Assembly: GCA_949358305.1 (NCBI GenBank)
Contig: OX442314.1
Location: 29,512,001-29,576,000, forward strand
Direction of reading: 5' to 3'
DNA from: Strigamia acuminata
Taxonomy: Eukaryota
Length of the DNA: 64,000 nucleotides
This document shows, one piece after another, positions 8,980 through 21,263 of this stretch (position 1 is the first letter of the stretch; each line of letters starts with the position of its first letter). Position numbers and translations under genes: made by a program. Under the pieces are notes generated by a model. It saw only the letters and a list, made by a program, of their open reading frames with translations. It did not search any database and was not told the origin of the DNA.

Positions 8980-11812
8980 ATGGAAGGAGAGGAACCGAAA
9001 GAAGGAAGCGAAGCCGGCGCCAACAGCCTCGAATTAGAGACAAATTCGACGCTGCTTGGTTCCGCAAACACTTCGAATACATCCGTGGATGTCACCGAAG
9101 AATCCGCCGAAGCGTCCGCCGAAGCTCAAGCCGCTCTGGCCGACGCTGCTGCCCGTTTGCCAGTCGCGCTGCCCCGACTACGAGGAGGCCTATTCGCCGA
9201 TCCGAACGGCGAAACTCGTGCACAGAGACACGACCGGGTAAATAATTCAAAATAAAATTACCTTTCAGTCATGAAAAGTAATTAAAAGTGCATTTTCACT
9301 CGGAAAAAGCGAAAAGTTCGTTGGTAACGCCTTCGCAAGAAGGCGCCGCCATTTTTATCATCAGATGGCGCTGTGTCTCATTTTTGAGGCGTTGCTACGG
9401 CAACGCTCCAAACACTGAAACATAGCCGTCGGAAACAACGTTTTTCACGATTTTTCAAACATTTTGAAAAATTTAACGAATCTAAACTGTCGAATGAAAT
9501 CTCACCCGTGATTTTATTCACTGAAAATTCGGAAATAATTAATTTTAACGAAAAAATGGATTTTAATTATTTCTTCGAATATTTTACAGATCATCCAGCT
9601 TCGGGAGACGCATCTCGAACTACACCCCGATGTTCCAACAGCTCCTGGTGTCTGGCGACATGCATTGCCGCCAGAAATCATCAAGTCCAAAGGAAGACTG
9701 ACGTTTTGGGCGGCCCGACACAAATTCTCCAAGGCCTTAAACAAGCGATGGGGAACAAAGTTTCGGATCGCCTACTTAATCGATGGATTCGGTCATCGCG
9801 ACGCCCTCGAGTGGGCAATGAAGCGCGACACCTTCGGACCACTGCGAAACGTGTTGCTCGACTTCGCCTTCACAGTGATCGCTCAAGAAACGCGAGACCA
9901 TCGCCGTTACTTCAACGCTCCTGCGTGGGAGCGCCGACAGATTTTGGAGGACATTTTCCAACGCTTGGACCAAACCAAAGCCGAGGTTGTACGCCTCTAC
10001 CACGAATCTTTCCGTGTAACAACGGACGGAAAGAAACGTTGGGTGCCGACATGCCAGTCGGAAATGCATCAGCTAGCCATGGGCGGATGTTTCCATGCTG
10101 ATTTCGTGCCAAACCCGTATCCAGAGCCTGAGCCCCGGGTACAGGTCGCTTCCACCATCCACGTGGTGCCGCCGCGCTCCACGTCGAGGTCACGATCATC
10201 GAGGTCGCCCTACAGTGGCCGTCGCTCCTCCCCAACCCAGTCGTCGGGGGAAGGCGCCATTGGAGGGTTACCTCCACTCCAGAAGACTCGTCATCGCTCA
10301 CATCACCGACGCGAGTCGACGCCGCCAAAAAGACATTCGAAGTCCGTGTCGAGACCCGCATCCCGAAGCCGACCTCGAGTGCAATCGCGCCAATCTTCCA
10401 CGAGGAGTTCACTCTCGTCGCGCGAAGAAAGATCCAACGCTTCTCAGCTTAGCGCTTCCACCTCCTCCTGCCAGATTGACTGGTCGGACGAGATAGCGAA
10501 GGAAGATCGTCGCATCGCCGCTTTGCAAGCCGGTCAAGGAGACGTCAACACCTCTTTGCCGTTCGCTTGCCGTCCAGTCACCAGCGACATGCGACCAGAC
10601 CCATCGGTGCCCGTGCCACAAGTGACATCGGTCATCCGTTTTGAGGGATACGTCTCTCACGAACCATTTCCCGCACAGGAGTGCGCTGATCTCTGGAGGC
10701 GATTCTCATCGTTTCCCGAGACAGCCCAAACGATGTACCTCGCGCATCTGGACGAATACCAACTCGCTCAGATCCGCGAAGGAGAGAAGGAATGGCAATG
10801 GCTTGCCCGAGAGCTTGCGTCGTGCAAGTCCGACAAGCAACTGCAACGGACGCTGCAGAAAATGAACAGGAAATTGTCGGAGGGACTTCTTCGAATCCTG
10901 TTCCAAGGAGTCTTTCCCGACCCACAGATTGCTCTGGCGGCCGCCACTCGATTGTGGACCGTGCCGTTAGGGCTTCCACGAGCCTTGCTGGACGATTGGG
11001 AGTCAGTTCGCCCCGATCCTCCAACGATGCTCGCCGAATTGACGCAACAAGCCGAGGCGACTGGCGAAACTCCGGCTGGATCCGCCATTCGACTACGGCA
11101 GGAATGGGCTGCGCTGAAGCAGCGACGCGCAGCAGAACGAGCTACCGCCCGTCCCGCTGGCGCACCACCGTCATCCGCAGCTCCACTCCACGCTGCCATC
11201 ACGGCAACGTCGAGTGTTTCCCGTGCAACCGAGGCACCGAGTTGCAACATCTCGTCTCCGATGGAATGGCTCGACAGCGACGATCGCGAGTTCGTCGTGC
11301 CTGTGGCCAGCGGTGCCAGACCAAAGACGCGCACCCCGGCTTTGCGCAGATCCAGATCCCTCTCGATCTGCAAAAAGTCGCCGCCACCGCTGCCTCCTCC
11401 AAAGGATTCGCCGCCGAGAGATAGGGGATCGAAAATGGCCACCTACCTCACTGCCTATCAACGTTTGCGCTCTTTATACGCTTTTTGCTACATAACGAGC
11501 GCGACGAAAACGATTCTCCAGAACAGCGAGGATTTATGCAACCGAGTCCTCGCGTGGCTGGAAAACCATATCAAGGAACAACAGCCGTGGATCCTGCATC
11601 AACGTCTGGTGTTCGCTCGAATTACGCCTCAAGACCCGCAGGAGTATTTCGAGATGGGTTTTGGACGAAGGGATGGTGTGGACCGCATCAAGCAAGTGTG
11701 GCTCCACATCAACCCTGGCTTCCGGTCAGGACCAAACGCCGGCCGACCTTTGTGCACCGTCACCGAGCACAAAGATCCAAACGATCATTCGACGGACATG
11801 TTGCCGAAATAA
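8980..11812 (+). CDS. Spliced accessory protein of unknown function (~826 aa; coding exons 8980-9237 and 9590-11812), Arg/Ser-rich, not env-like
   Basis: Donor CGG|GTAAAT (9238) and acceptor TTTTACAG|ATC (9589) join the 91-aa and 715-aa ORFs in frame (phase 0). An upstream intron at 8895-8971 has GTAAGT, a CTAAT branch point and a pyrimidine tract. No signal peptide or transmembrane segment is visible. Confidence 0.8.
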
Positions 11813-11971
11813 TTAGGGAACACGCCCGTTCATTAAAAATAATTCCTTTTTTATTTTTATATTGTAATAAAAAAGAATAAATATATATCCTGTTCCATTT
11901 TACTTTGAAACCTTGTGTATTTATTCCTATACTTACCTGTCTCTTTTTGGAAAAGAATAAGATTCTTTCTT

Positions 11972-11985
11972 AAAAGGGGGGAAAG
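11972..11985 (+). promoter_or_regulatory. Polypurine tract
   Basis: AAAAGGGGGGAAAG immediately before the 3' LTR. Confidence 0.92.
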
Positions 11986-13049
11986 TGTGGTGACCTCAAA
12001 TATTCCTATTTGAGTGCGCACCATATTTCCAAATTGTCTTATAAACATATTCAACAAGCTTATATGTTTTGTTTCAATGTAAATTGAAATAAAACATACA
12101 TTAATAAAATATAAAACAAGACACAATATTACCCAAATAATATTGTGTTTTGCAGCAAGTTTTGGCCCAGCAACAGCGTCAACCAATCGCGCTGCAGCGT
12201 GCATTGCTTTGATGATGCTGCTAGGCGTGTGCCTGGGCGGAGCATCCCTTCCCCTCGCGCGTGCCCGGCTCGATTGTTGCACACGACCCGAAGGCGGCCG
12301 TGTGTGATCTTCATGCAACTCGTCATCTGCGCAGCTTTTCTGAGCAGATTTAGAAGTGAGCCAAACGGTTTTGGCCCACTCTTCCCGCATTCTTGATTCT
12401 GCTTCCAAACCATTCACATCTGTGTCAAACTTATGCCAACCATTGCTAAGTGTGATCTGTGATATCTGGAAGAGTTGAGATTCATTGCTGGTCCGTGCCA
12501 ACTGTACGGAATAGCGCCTTTCTGCTTGAATTACTACGCGTAATTTAAGCCATTTCTGTGTGGAATTGACATAGAGCTTGCTCTGTCAATTTGAAGGCTT
12601 TGTGTTGAGTTTAACTCCACAAAGCGAACTGTGTTAAGACGGATTGTTACGTCGAGCTTGCTCCGTAATAATCACTTTCACTGTGTGTGAGAAGTATTCT
12701 CGTGTCGAGCGTGCTCCACGAGGATTTTAGAATATTTAGCAACGTATTTTAGCGTCGAGTTTACTCCGCTAAAATCCCGCGCTCACACGACGCCGTCGAC
12801 GCCATCTTGGAGCCAACGGTCAACTGTGAGTGTACATTTGAAGAAGAAGCCAGATCGACCCCAAACATTTTAAATAATACCTCCTTTGTATTTTGAACGA
12901 TTAAAACTATCTAATTTTTCCTTTACTCTGTGTAAAATCATTCCCCTAGACAAACATTTGGCCACAGAGTAGAAGTCCTGTACGGCATCTCTACGACGAT
13001 TGCTTATTGAATTTACATAATTTAATAAGTAAAAACCCGGATCGCCGCA
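11986..13049 (+). repeat. 3' LTR (second copy of the hairpin array at 12564-12775)
   Basis: Direct repeat of 252-1315, followed by the AATT TSD. Confidence 0.97.
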
Positions 13050-13432
13050 AATTGTATAGAATGTTAATGTAAATTAGATTTGGAAATTTGTATTCCCATT
13101 CATTTCACAAGCCTAAAAATTAATGACTAAAGATCCTATGTTTCCAGCTTTTAAAATTTATGGGTTTATAACCAGATGGCGAACATAATTCAAAACTAAT
13201 TCAAAATTTATATTTATTAAATATGTGATTGGTTTTATCATTTCTACTTCAACAAATAATTAGATTATTATTGTTAGAGTTAGATAAATTAAAAAGTTGA
13301 CACAAATTTTGTAGTGTAACATTTTAATTTGATTCTAGAATTTGTTACACCATCATATCAATGCGAGTTTTTATCACTCCCTTCAGTTGATTTTGCTTAT
13401 TTTTTGTATTAGGCTATGGTTATGGTGATGAG

Positions 13433-15062
13433 TACTACGAGCGACATGGGTTGGCGCGACACGCACATTCGCACCTACGCATCTGGGTAGTTGCGTGTAA
13501 GCATGCCGGTGGTATGATCTGGCGCGACACCGTGATGTTTAGCGACACGCAAGTATTACGTGCCTCTCGTGTTTAAAGTTTGATTTTTTCGATAAATGAA
13601 AATTTTATGTGTATTTTATTCGTCCCACCTATGTAAATAAATTAAAAGCACCTGAGTTTCAAGTTGTGATACATAATTCAATCGCAATCCGAAATTGCAG
13701 CAAAGAAATCCGCTGTTTGGTCCAGTTTAAAAGACATCTTATATGCATAATTCCTTCTGGCCATATTAATTTTTTTTTTTAAATTATTAAATTGCTTGAA
13801 CTTTTGCTATACGTATGATTTGATTTGTACACGGCATTTGCAAGTTAGTGCACGCTCAAAGTCTAACAGGTTAATCTAAGCCAAAATATTTGGCTGCAAG
13901 ACACGATTTGCTCGCGAAGTAAACTGTGTTCATGATTTTTCACTTGGTAATTAACTTGATGTTTTCACCCAACGTTTTCTGCAAGTTTATTGCATTTCCA
14001 CGGGGTATGTCTGGCTAAAAAATGGCGTGACCTGGGAATTTGGACAAAGTGACGAAACCATCCACAATTCAGCCGACCAGAACTGCGTGAAAATTCGTCC
14101 CAAAAACCGTCAAACTGTCACGGAAGATAAAAAACAAGTATTCATCCTTGTGTATGCACGAAGGCGATTGTCGCGCTTATTCATCCGCGTGTATGCACGA
14201 AGGCGATGTCGCGCTTATTCATCCGCGTGTATGCACGAAGGCGATGTCGCGCTTACGCATGCCAAGCACAGGGGTTGGCGCGACGTCGCGCTCCCGAATA
14301 CGTAGTCAGTGTTGTGCGCGGTCCGCGGTCCTGGTACCGCGGTCCTGTTCCGGCAGCTAAAATGAACCGCGGTCCCGGTCCGCGGTCCCTGGACCGGGAC
14401 CGCGTTTTGCGTTACATCTCGCGGTCCACGAGAAAACACGAGATCTCGTGTTTTCTCGTGGATCGCGAGATATACCGCAAAATACTGGAATCTCGTCGTT
14501 TTCAAAATGCGTAGGTAAAACGTTCACTGCCTAGCGCAAACGTCAAACACACAAAAGCAAACATTCAATCCAATTGAAATGAAATGACAATCGAGTGTAA
14601 TAGCATTTTTCATAAATTTTCATAATTTTTTCAGTTTTAATTAGTTTTAAAACGTTTTTTAATGCTATTACACTCGATTGTCATTTCATTTCAATTGGAT
14701 TGAATGTTTGCTTATGTGTGTTTGACGTTTGCGCTAGGCAGTGAACGTTTTACTTACGCATTTTGCGGTATATCTCGCGATTTCGTGTTTTCTCGTGGAC
14801 CGCGAGATGTACCGCAAAAGCGGTCCGCGGTCCACGGAATTTTAAAAGGAAAGCGGTCCCGGTCCGCGGTACTGGACCGGCCTTTTAAAAGTACTGCGGT
14901 CCCGGTCCGTACCTGCCGCAAAAGGAACGCGGTCCCGGTCCCGGTCCAGGACCGCGGACCGGCGGTCCTGGATCGCCGGTCCGGGACCGAGACCGCGCAC
15001 AACACTGTACGTAGTGTATTCGAGAGTGCGACGTCGCGCCAACCCATGTCGCGCGTCGTACA
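13433..15062. mobile_element. Non-autonomous inverted-repeat element hosting a nested MITE
   Basis: GCGACATGGGTTGGCGCGAC at ~13441 is inverted at ~15035-15054; internal ~38-bp tandem repeat x3 at ~14140-14255. Confidence 0.55.
14307..15007. mobile_element. hAT-type MITE
   Basis: 17-bp terminal inverted repeats (TIRs) CAGTGTTGTGCGCGGTC; 8-bp TSD TACGTAGT (14299-14306, 15008-15015); internal inverted repeat with ~105-bp arms (~14505-14763). Confidence 0.88.
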
Positions 15063-15089
15063 GCACCCCATGATTATAGCCTTGGTTTA

Positions 15090-15430
15090 TGAATTCAGGA
15101 TTCAAGATTATTGGATTCAAGACTTATGAATTTTGAATTCAGGATTCAGGAATGAATTCAGGATTTAGAATTTATGATTCAGGAATGAATTCAGGATTTA
15201 GAATTTATGATTCAGGAATGAATTCAGGATTTAGAATTTATGATTCAGGAATGAATTCAGGATTTAGAATTTATGATTCAGGAATGAATTCAGGATTTAG
15301 AATTTATGATTCAGGAATGAATTCAGGATTTAGAATTTATGATTCAGGAATGAATTCAAAATTCAGTAATTGATTTAGGATTCAGGATTCAGAAATGGAT
15401 TCAGGATTCAGAATTCAGGATTCAGAAGTG
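15090..15430. repeat. 33-bp minisatellite (AGGAATGAATTCAGGATTTAGAATTTATGATTC)n
   Basis: About six perfect units with degenerate flanks. Confidence 0.95.
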
Positions 15431-15959
15431 AATCCTCTGCATATTTTCAGGATGTATTGAATTTTTATTGAAATTTCTAGGGATTTATTTTTACGAGATT
15501 TATTTTGAGATTTAACTAATTTAGAATTTTTATTAAAAAAGAAATATCAAATTTTATATTTGGAAAGTTGTTATTTACATTTGGAAATCTTAACTTTACT
15601 GGTTGAGAAATATGTGTTTAACTGTTTGGAAATTTAATATATCATGCTATGAAAAGTAGTTTGGAAACGGTTGCATTCAGTGTTGGGAAGTCATTGGAAA
15701 TTTGATGTTTGTACAATTTGGAAATATCGCATTTCAATTATATTTCCAAAATATTTTATCGACGAAAATCTAATTTTTTTTTCAGTGTTAAGTCAAATAC
15801 AATCATTAAATGGTATTTATTGACCTGTCCTTTAATTTTAATTAAAATTAAAATTCTAGGGCGTAATTGTGATTATTCTGAATTTTGAAACGATTTTTAA
15901 AAATACAGTTCAAAGTCTATTTTTGAACGTATCGCAATTTTGAAGTATCATACGTTAAC

Positions 15960-18029
15960 ATGGAGCAATTTCTAAAAGAAAACGAGTCGGCTGAGATTTC
16001 TGTTCGACAGGTGGGACAAAACAATGTATGCACAACTGGAAATTCGGTAACAATACATTTTCAAAACTTCAGTAAGCGCTAAAATCGAAAACAATGTCCG
16101 ATGATTTTAATTGTTCATTTGAATGTTGTTTAATTTTCTTTTACAGGTCTTACACAAAGTTTGGAAAAACCGTATTCTCATAGTAAGATTTCATAAAAAA
16201 ATTTTGTGATAAACTCTTATCATTCTTTCATTTTCTTTTGTTTTTTTTTATTTGTTTTGTTTTAGACAGTTCTGATATCAATCCTGATGTTTTGAAAAGT
16301 TTAATACCAATATTTGAGAACTACAGGTGTGTAATATTACCAGACATTGCCACAGAAATTGATGATTTTTTATCGCAGGGTGGAAAGATTTGAAATAAAA
16401 ATCAAAAGTCACAGAGGAATGATAAATCTTGATGTTCATCCAATGGATACAATCCAAAGCATCAAACTAAAACTACAATTGGTGTATGGAATACTCTTCA
16501 GCAAACAATACCTCATATTTGAAGAAAAAGTGCTGGATGATGTCGAGAAATTACAAGACTGCAAACTCTCCGATGCCAGTCTCATACACATGGTCTACTC
16601 ACTAGAAGAAACCGGAACTGTAGTATTTTTCAAACGTATACTCGGACGTCTGTTTTGTCTTCGATTTAACCAAGAAACTACAATAAGAGACGTAAAATCA
16701 AAAATTGAGGAAACCGAAGAAATACCTGTCAAGAGGCAACGCTTGTTTCTTGATGAAAGCACGACTTTGAGAGATGAGTGCAGAATATTTGATTATAACA
16801 TCGGCAACAAAATAGTGAAGATTGCCATTGCTGTGGAGCAAGATGAAATGAGGAAAGTTATGGTCAAGTCACTGACTGGAAAAATGTTGTACTTGGTTGT
16901 TGGGCTTTACGACACGGTCGAGGATTTAAAATGTCAACTCGAAGCCAAGGACGGAGTTCCACGAGAAAGTGTGCGAATCATTGTCAACAGTAAGAGTTTG
17001 AAAGATGATTGCATGCTATGTACTTGTTTCGACACTAAGATTACGATATTTCACCAATTCCGGAGACTGAAGGGAGGGGAAGAATTTACTCCTGATTTAA
17101 GCATCCACACTGCAATTGGTGAAATTATTTCACTTGGTCCCGTGATACCTTTTAACTCTAGAATTCTGCTGCGATCCGGGTTTATGTGAACAATTTCTAA
17201 TAAATTGCACACAACACCGCAGTTGAATGCCACTAAGGACTTATATCGATATGGCCTTAAATTATCTAGGGTTAATTTTACGGAAATAAAATACAGTTTT
17301 ATCAATAAAAACACACAATCTTTTATTCGGTTAAATACAATAAGATACGAGAATAAATGTGATAAAATATGGAAAGAAACAATAGAAATACTCGCAACGA
17401 CTGTTGCGAGTCAAAAGCGCGGCAATGGCGCTTAAGAACGGCTGTTGTACAAGGTTTTGTACAAGAAAAGCTGGTGAATCTTGAGTATTAACACGGTCCA
17501 CTATCAGTACTTTTGTCGGAGCAGAAAGCAATGATGTTGTGGGTTGTGTTATTTTGTCAAGAGTCCCGTTCGAAGCTAGGGCGTGAGCCCGACACACTTC
17601 GAAATTGCGCAGATAATCTGCGCAATTAGTTAAAACTGGTGCGACAAAGGATTATTGCACCATAACGGCTAATTACCGTTTTCACCCTGGACAACCTGGG
17701 GTGAGATGTGCCTAGGGAAGATTTCTCCCCTCGGTCACATGATCTGACTTAACGTGTGCCAAGCCAAATTAATTAGAAGATAAAATAAATTCACCTTCTA
17801 AGTGGTGAAACAGTTTGAGATCACTACACTTCTTGCCGTTAAACAACAGGTGTTTCAAGCAAGGGGATTGTCAGTTTGGAGTCAAAGACTATTCATTGTG
17901 AATGAAGAACTGGACGACAATAAAGCGGTGAATGAAGAACTGGACGACAATAAAGCGTTGAATGACTATTTTACTCCACGGAAAAATCATCCGCCGGTTG
18001 TTTTTGAGATTTTAATGATGATGATGTGA
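15960..18029 (+). CDS. Poly-ubiquitin-like protein paralog 1 (four UBL domains, fourth interrupted); exons 15960-16071, 16147-16182, 16266-16326, 16379-~17150, ~17802-18029
   Basis: GT-AG introns keep frame. UBL signatures: LDVHPMDTIQSIK...QYLIF, VKSKIEETEEIPVKRQRLF, VKSLTGK...LEAKDGVP...RRLKGG. The fourth domain resumes after ~650 bp of unrelated sequence. Confidence 0.75.
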
Positions 18030-18109
18030 CATTTCTGTGTTGTCATTGCTAATTGGTGATTAAATGAATTAAAAATTTCACAGTTGGTGTTTTTTTAATG
18101 TATCCAGGG

Positions 18110-18377
18110 TAGGGTTTCTGTTTTCCCACCTTTTTTTTAACTCTCGGTTCTCGGTACCAAAATGGCCGGTACTCCCGGGACTTAAAAAAGGTCAGGCGAA
18201 AAAAATGGCCATTTTAGTCATTGAAATATTACAAAATGTAACATTTCAATGACGAAAATGACGTTTCAGCAACGTTTTAACAATTTTGGACAGAACCGGT
18301 TATTTTTTCAAATTTCTCGGTTCCCGGTTCTGTGATTTTTCAACCATGTTTCACGGGAAATCGGTACCGAAACCCTA
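18110..18377. mobile_element. hAT-type MITE
   Basis: TIR TAGGGTTTC...GAAACCCTA; 8-bp TSD ATCCAGGG on both sides. Confidence 0.85.
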
Positions 18378-19411
18378 ATCCAGGGCCACCGCTTGGAGGA
18401 TTTCTTTGTTTAGGGTTGTATTTTGGCACCCAATGGATGGAGGCACCTTTGTTTAGGGTTGTATTTCTGTGCTCTCATTTTGCACTGATGTGTTGCACAA
18501 CTGGACGCGGCAGCCCTGAATGTATTATTATTATTATTATTATTATTTATTACATTTGCAGCTTTTCAAATGCTTGTGTTAGGACAACTCGGTGCAGGAT
18601 TGATTTGTTGTAGGGTTGTGAGTGGCGGACAAACATCACGTTGCATGAGGAATGTCGTGGTAATGCTGGACGCATCTCGCTTAGATAAAAACAACAACTA
18701 TAGAAACTGTATTTGTATGGTTTATGGCCTTTATTTATATGGTTGCCTAGGGGTTAGTTTCCAGAAGTGTTTTCTAGCTTGAGTTGCATTGCTGCAACCC
18801 AACCCAATATCAGCCACTGACCATGTGGTCAAGAGACCTCATGGGCAGCGAGTTCAGACTTCTGCCATGCCTCTGCACGAGCTTGCTGATCGCTTCAGGT
18901 CGCTTCCAAATCGGCACATATGTGTGCGGTCGTGGCTAACAGCGTGCGCTGCCTAGGATAGCAACTATTAGTAAGTATTAGTGACCAATGGTCAAAGGGT
19001 CCAATGTTGATGTGGTAAACATTGGTGATTCTCCTAAACAGGATGCCTTCTATTCTAGAGAATGGTGCAGTTTAGTGAGTGTCATCAACCCCCGATGTTA
19101 AAGATTGGGTGGTCAATGTATTTGTTGGTCCTACAGATTGGTCAAGAAGGTTTACAAGATGATTTATAAGATCAGAATGTCTGAAGGCTAGTTAGTTATC
19201 CGACACAAATCAGCTACGCATAAGCTTATTCTCGCTGTTTGGCAAAAGACTGAGTCAACCATCAATATCAGTGGCTACAATTTTAATGCCATGTACAATT
19301 ATTTTAAAAGAAAATTCAAAATTACAATTTTAATAAAGAAAAAAATATCCAATCAAATACTATTAAAATTAAGTACCAGTAATAACTTTACAAAATGTTT
19401 AAAACCAACTT

Positions 19412-21263
19412 TTAGATTACAAAACCTTTCACAACCAATTCCAACGTAATTTCAGGTCCGAATTCTTCGCATGGTCTTGAACTTTGATATTGAAGAATGT
19501 AATATTTCAATGGTTTGTCATCATCAACTAATTCTTGATCGCATAAGAACAAACGTTGATTCTCAGGCAGAAAACTCTTATTCGATTCATACATTTCTTG
19601 TTTAATGGTGCAAATCTTAAACTCTTGATAACCGTTGTACACTCCAAGAGAAAATATTTGTCCAATCGACGTTCTCACTGACAGCATAGTAAAATTGCTT
19701 CCACCTACTTGTCTCATGTAAACATGCAATGTGGCATTTCTTGTAATTACGTAATCGTTCATATTTTTTTCGTCTTCAAGGCTTTTGCAATTAAATACAA
19801 TATTTAGTAAGTGTGGTGGACACATCATAATCTTTTGAATTTTTCTCTTAACATCATTATCTGTTTCGTACATGCCAACTTCCAAGCATGTGTCTTGACC
19901 ATAACCCCGCAGAAAGATGGATTTAAAGTCCTCTTTCATAACCTTGGCTGCTAACTTGAAAATGGTTGTCTCAACTGGGTAATCGTTAATTGTGCCGCCA
20001 TCTTGCATCACCAGACCAGTCTCTGTAAACAACTGTTGCCTGTCTACTGGCAGTCTTTCCTCTTGTTCTATTTGTGTTTTCACAGTTTTTATAGTGCAAT
20101 TTGGTTCAACTTCGAGTTTAAATATTCTTCCATGGATTCTTTGGATTAGAATAAGTATTTTATCTGTGTGCGACAAGTGAAATAGAGTTATGTTATCGTT
20201 GTTGTTAATATTGCATTCCTTGATGGTGTTTTGATTTTGCAGAATTTCTTCTCCAAATACGAGACATTGTATCTAAACTCTATTCCAAAAAGTATTACAA
20301 ATACTCCCATTGGTTGGTTGGTTGAGACACTTTAAAAAATCTTCGCACAAGTCTACTGGAATCTGAAAACAGCATCATATTCAAGACACAACTGAACTGT
20401 GAATCTCCCAACCAATGGGAGTATTTGTAATACTTTTTGGAATAGAGTTTAGTTTGAGTTTAGTCGTTTGTATTGTATCTGAAGGATGGACATCCAGAAT
20501 TACATATTCATCGTTGTTCTTTATTTGAATTTGGATTCTATTTTTTCTGAAAAGTGAATCAAAATGTATAATTGAAATACAATGTTTTCACAGAATATAG
20601 AAATGAATTACTGGAAGAAAATAACTAGTGGGTTTTTATAAATAACCTTACCTGTGGTTCTCGAATAATGATAACAAAGAACTTATTTTATTGGGATCCT
20701 TGTCAGCTGCAAAAAAAAAATAATATTGTTACACAAATACAAATCTCAATCAATGTGTTCCATTTTTGATATGCGATGAATTACGCAATAACAACCGCCC
20801 AATTGTCCCCCCGATGAGTTGGCCACAAGATTACTTTGCACGCGATTACCTGTCTGCGTAATTACCTGTCCGCGCAATTACCTGTTCACGCGATTATCTG
20901 TCCACGCGAGTACGGTGGCTGTACACTATGAGTGGTCGCGTGATGATAAGTTGCCGTACAAAAAAACAATTTTTTACACATAAAAAGTTTATATTTTGTA
21001 TTTTTATATTTTAAAAATGTTCATTTTTGCCAAACTATCAAAACTAATTAAAATTATTTGTTATCAAAGAAATTTAGTTGATGGGAATTTCCCTTTTGAA
21101 TATACTGACCGCTTTTTACATGGATTACTACCATGTTGTCTCCTATTGTACAAGAATTACCGTCTCCCTGCTGCGAGATACTAATTTTGTTCAGTTCTGT
21201 CTTCACCTCTTTAACCGAAACACAGTTATTCTCTTCTTCTTGACAAGGAGTGATTTTATCCAT
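19412..21263 (-). pseudogene. Poly-ubiquitin-like paralog 2 (four UBL domains), first UBL disrupted by a MITE; exons 21263-21110, 20706-20652, 20546-19412
   Basis: UBL motifs (LEVEPNCTIKTVKTQIEQEERLPVDRQQLF; TLHVYMRQVGG). Exons are homologous to paralogs 1 and 3. The MITE introduces in-frame stops. Confidence 0.75.
20276..20449. mobile_element. TA-flanked MITE inside a UBL exon
   Basis: ~42-bp TIRs AACTCTATTCCAAAAAGTATTACAAATACTCCCATTGGTTGG; absent from paralog 3, which has ~26 bp of coding sequence at this position. Confidence 0.85.

Larger units (their letters stand above)
252..13049 (+). mobile_element. Full-length Ty3/Gypsy LTR retrotransposon with an extra 3' accessory gene
   Basis: Two 1064-bp direct repeats (252-1315, 11986-13049) with TG...CA ends; 4-bp TSD AATT at 248-251 and 13050-13053; PBS and PPT present; gag plus pol in PR-RT-RH-IN order. 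Confidence 0.97.

Noticed and set aside
9665..11812. Third ORF as env
   Set aside because: No signal peptide, transmembrane anchor or Cys-rich ectodomain; composition is basic, Ser/Arg-rich and intracellular-like.
9508..11880. Many overlapping ORFs on both strands of the accessory gene
   Set aside because: Expected shadow ORFs in GC-rich coding DNA; no independent evidence.
15152..15373. Repetitive ORFs here and at 23985, 31005-31529, 41877 and 51302
   Set aside because: They are translations of minisatellites.
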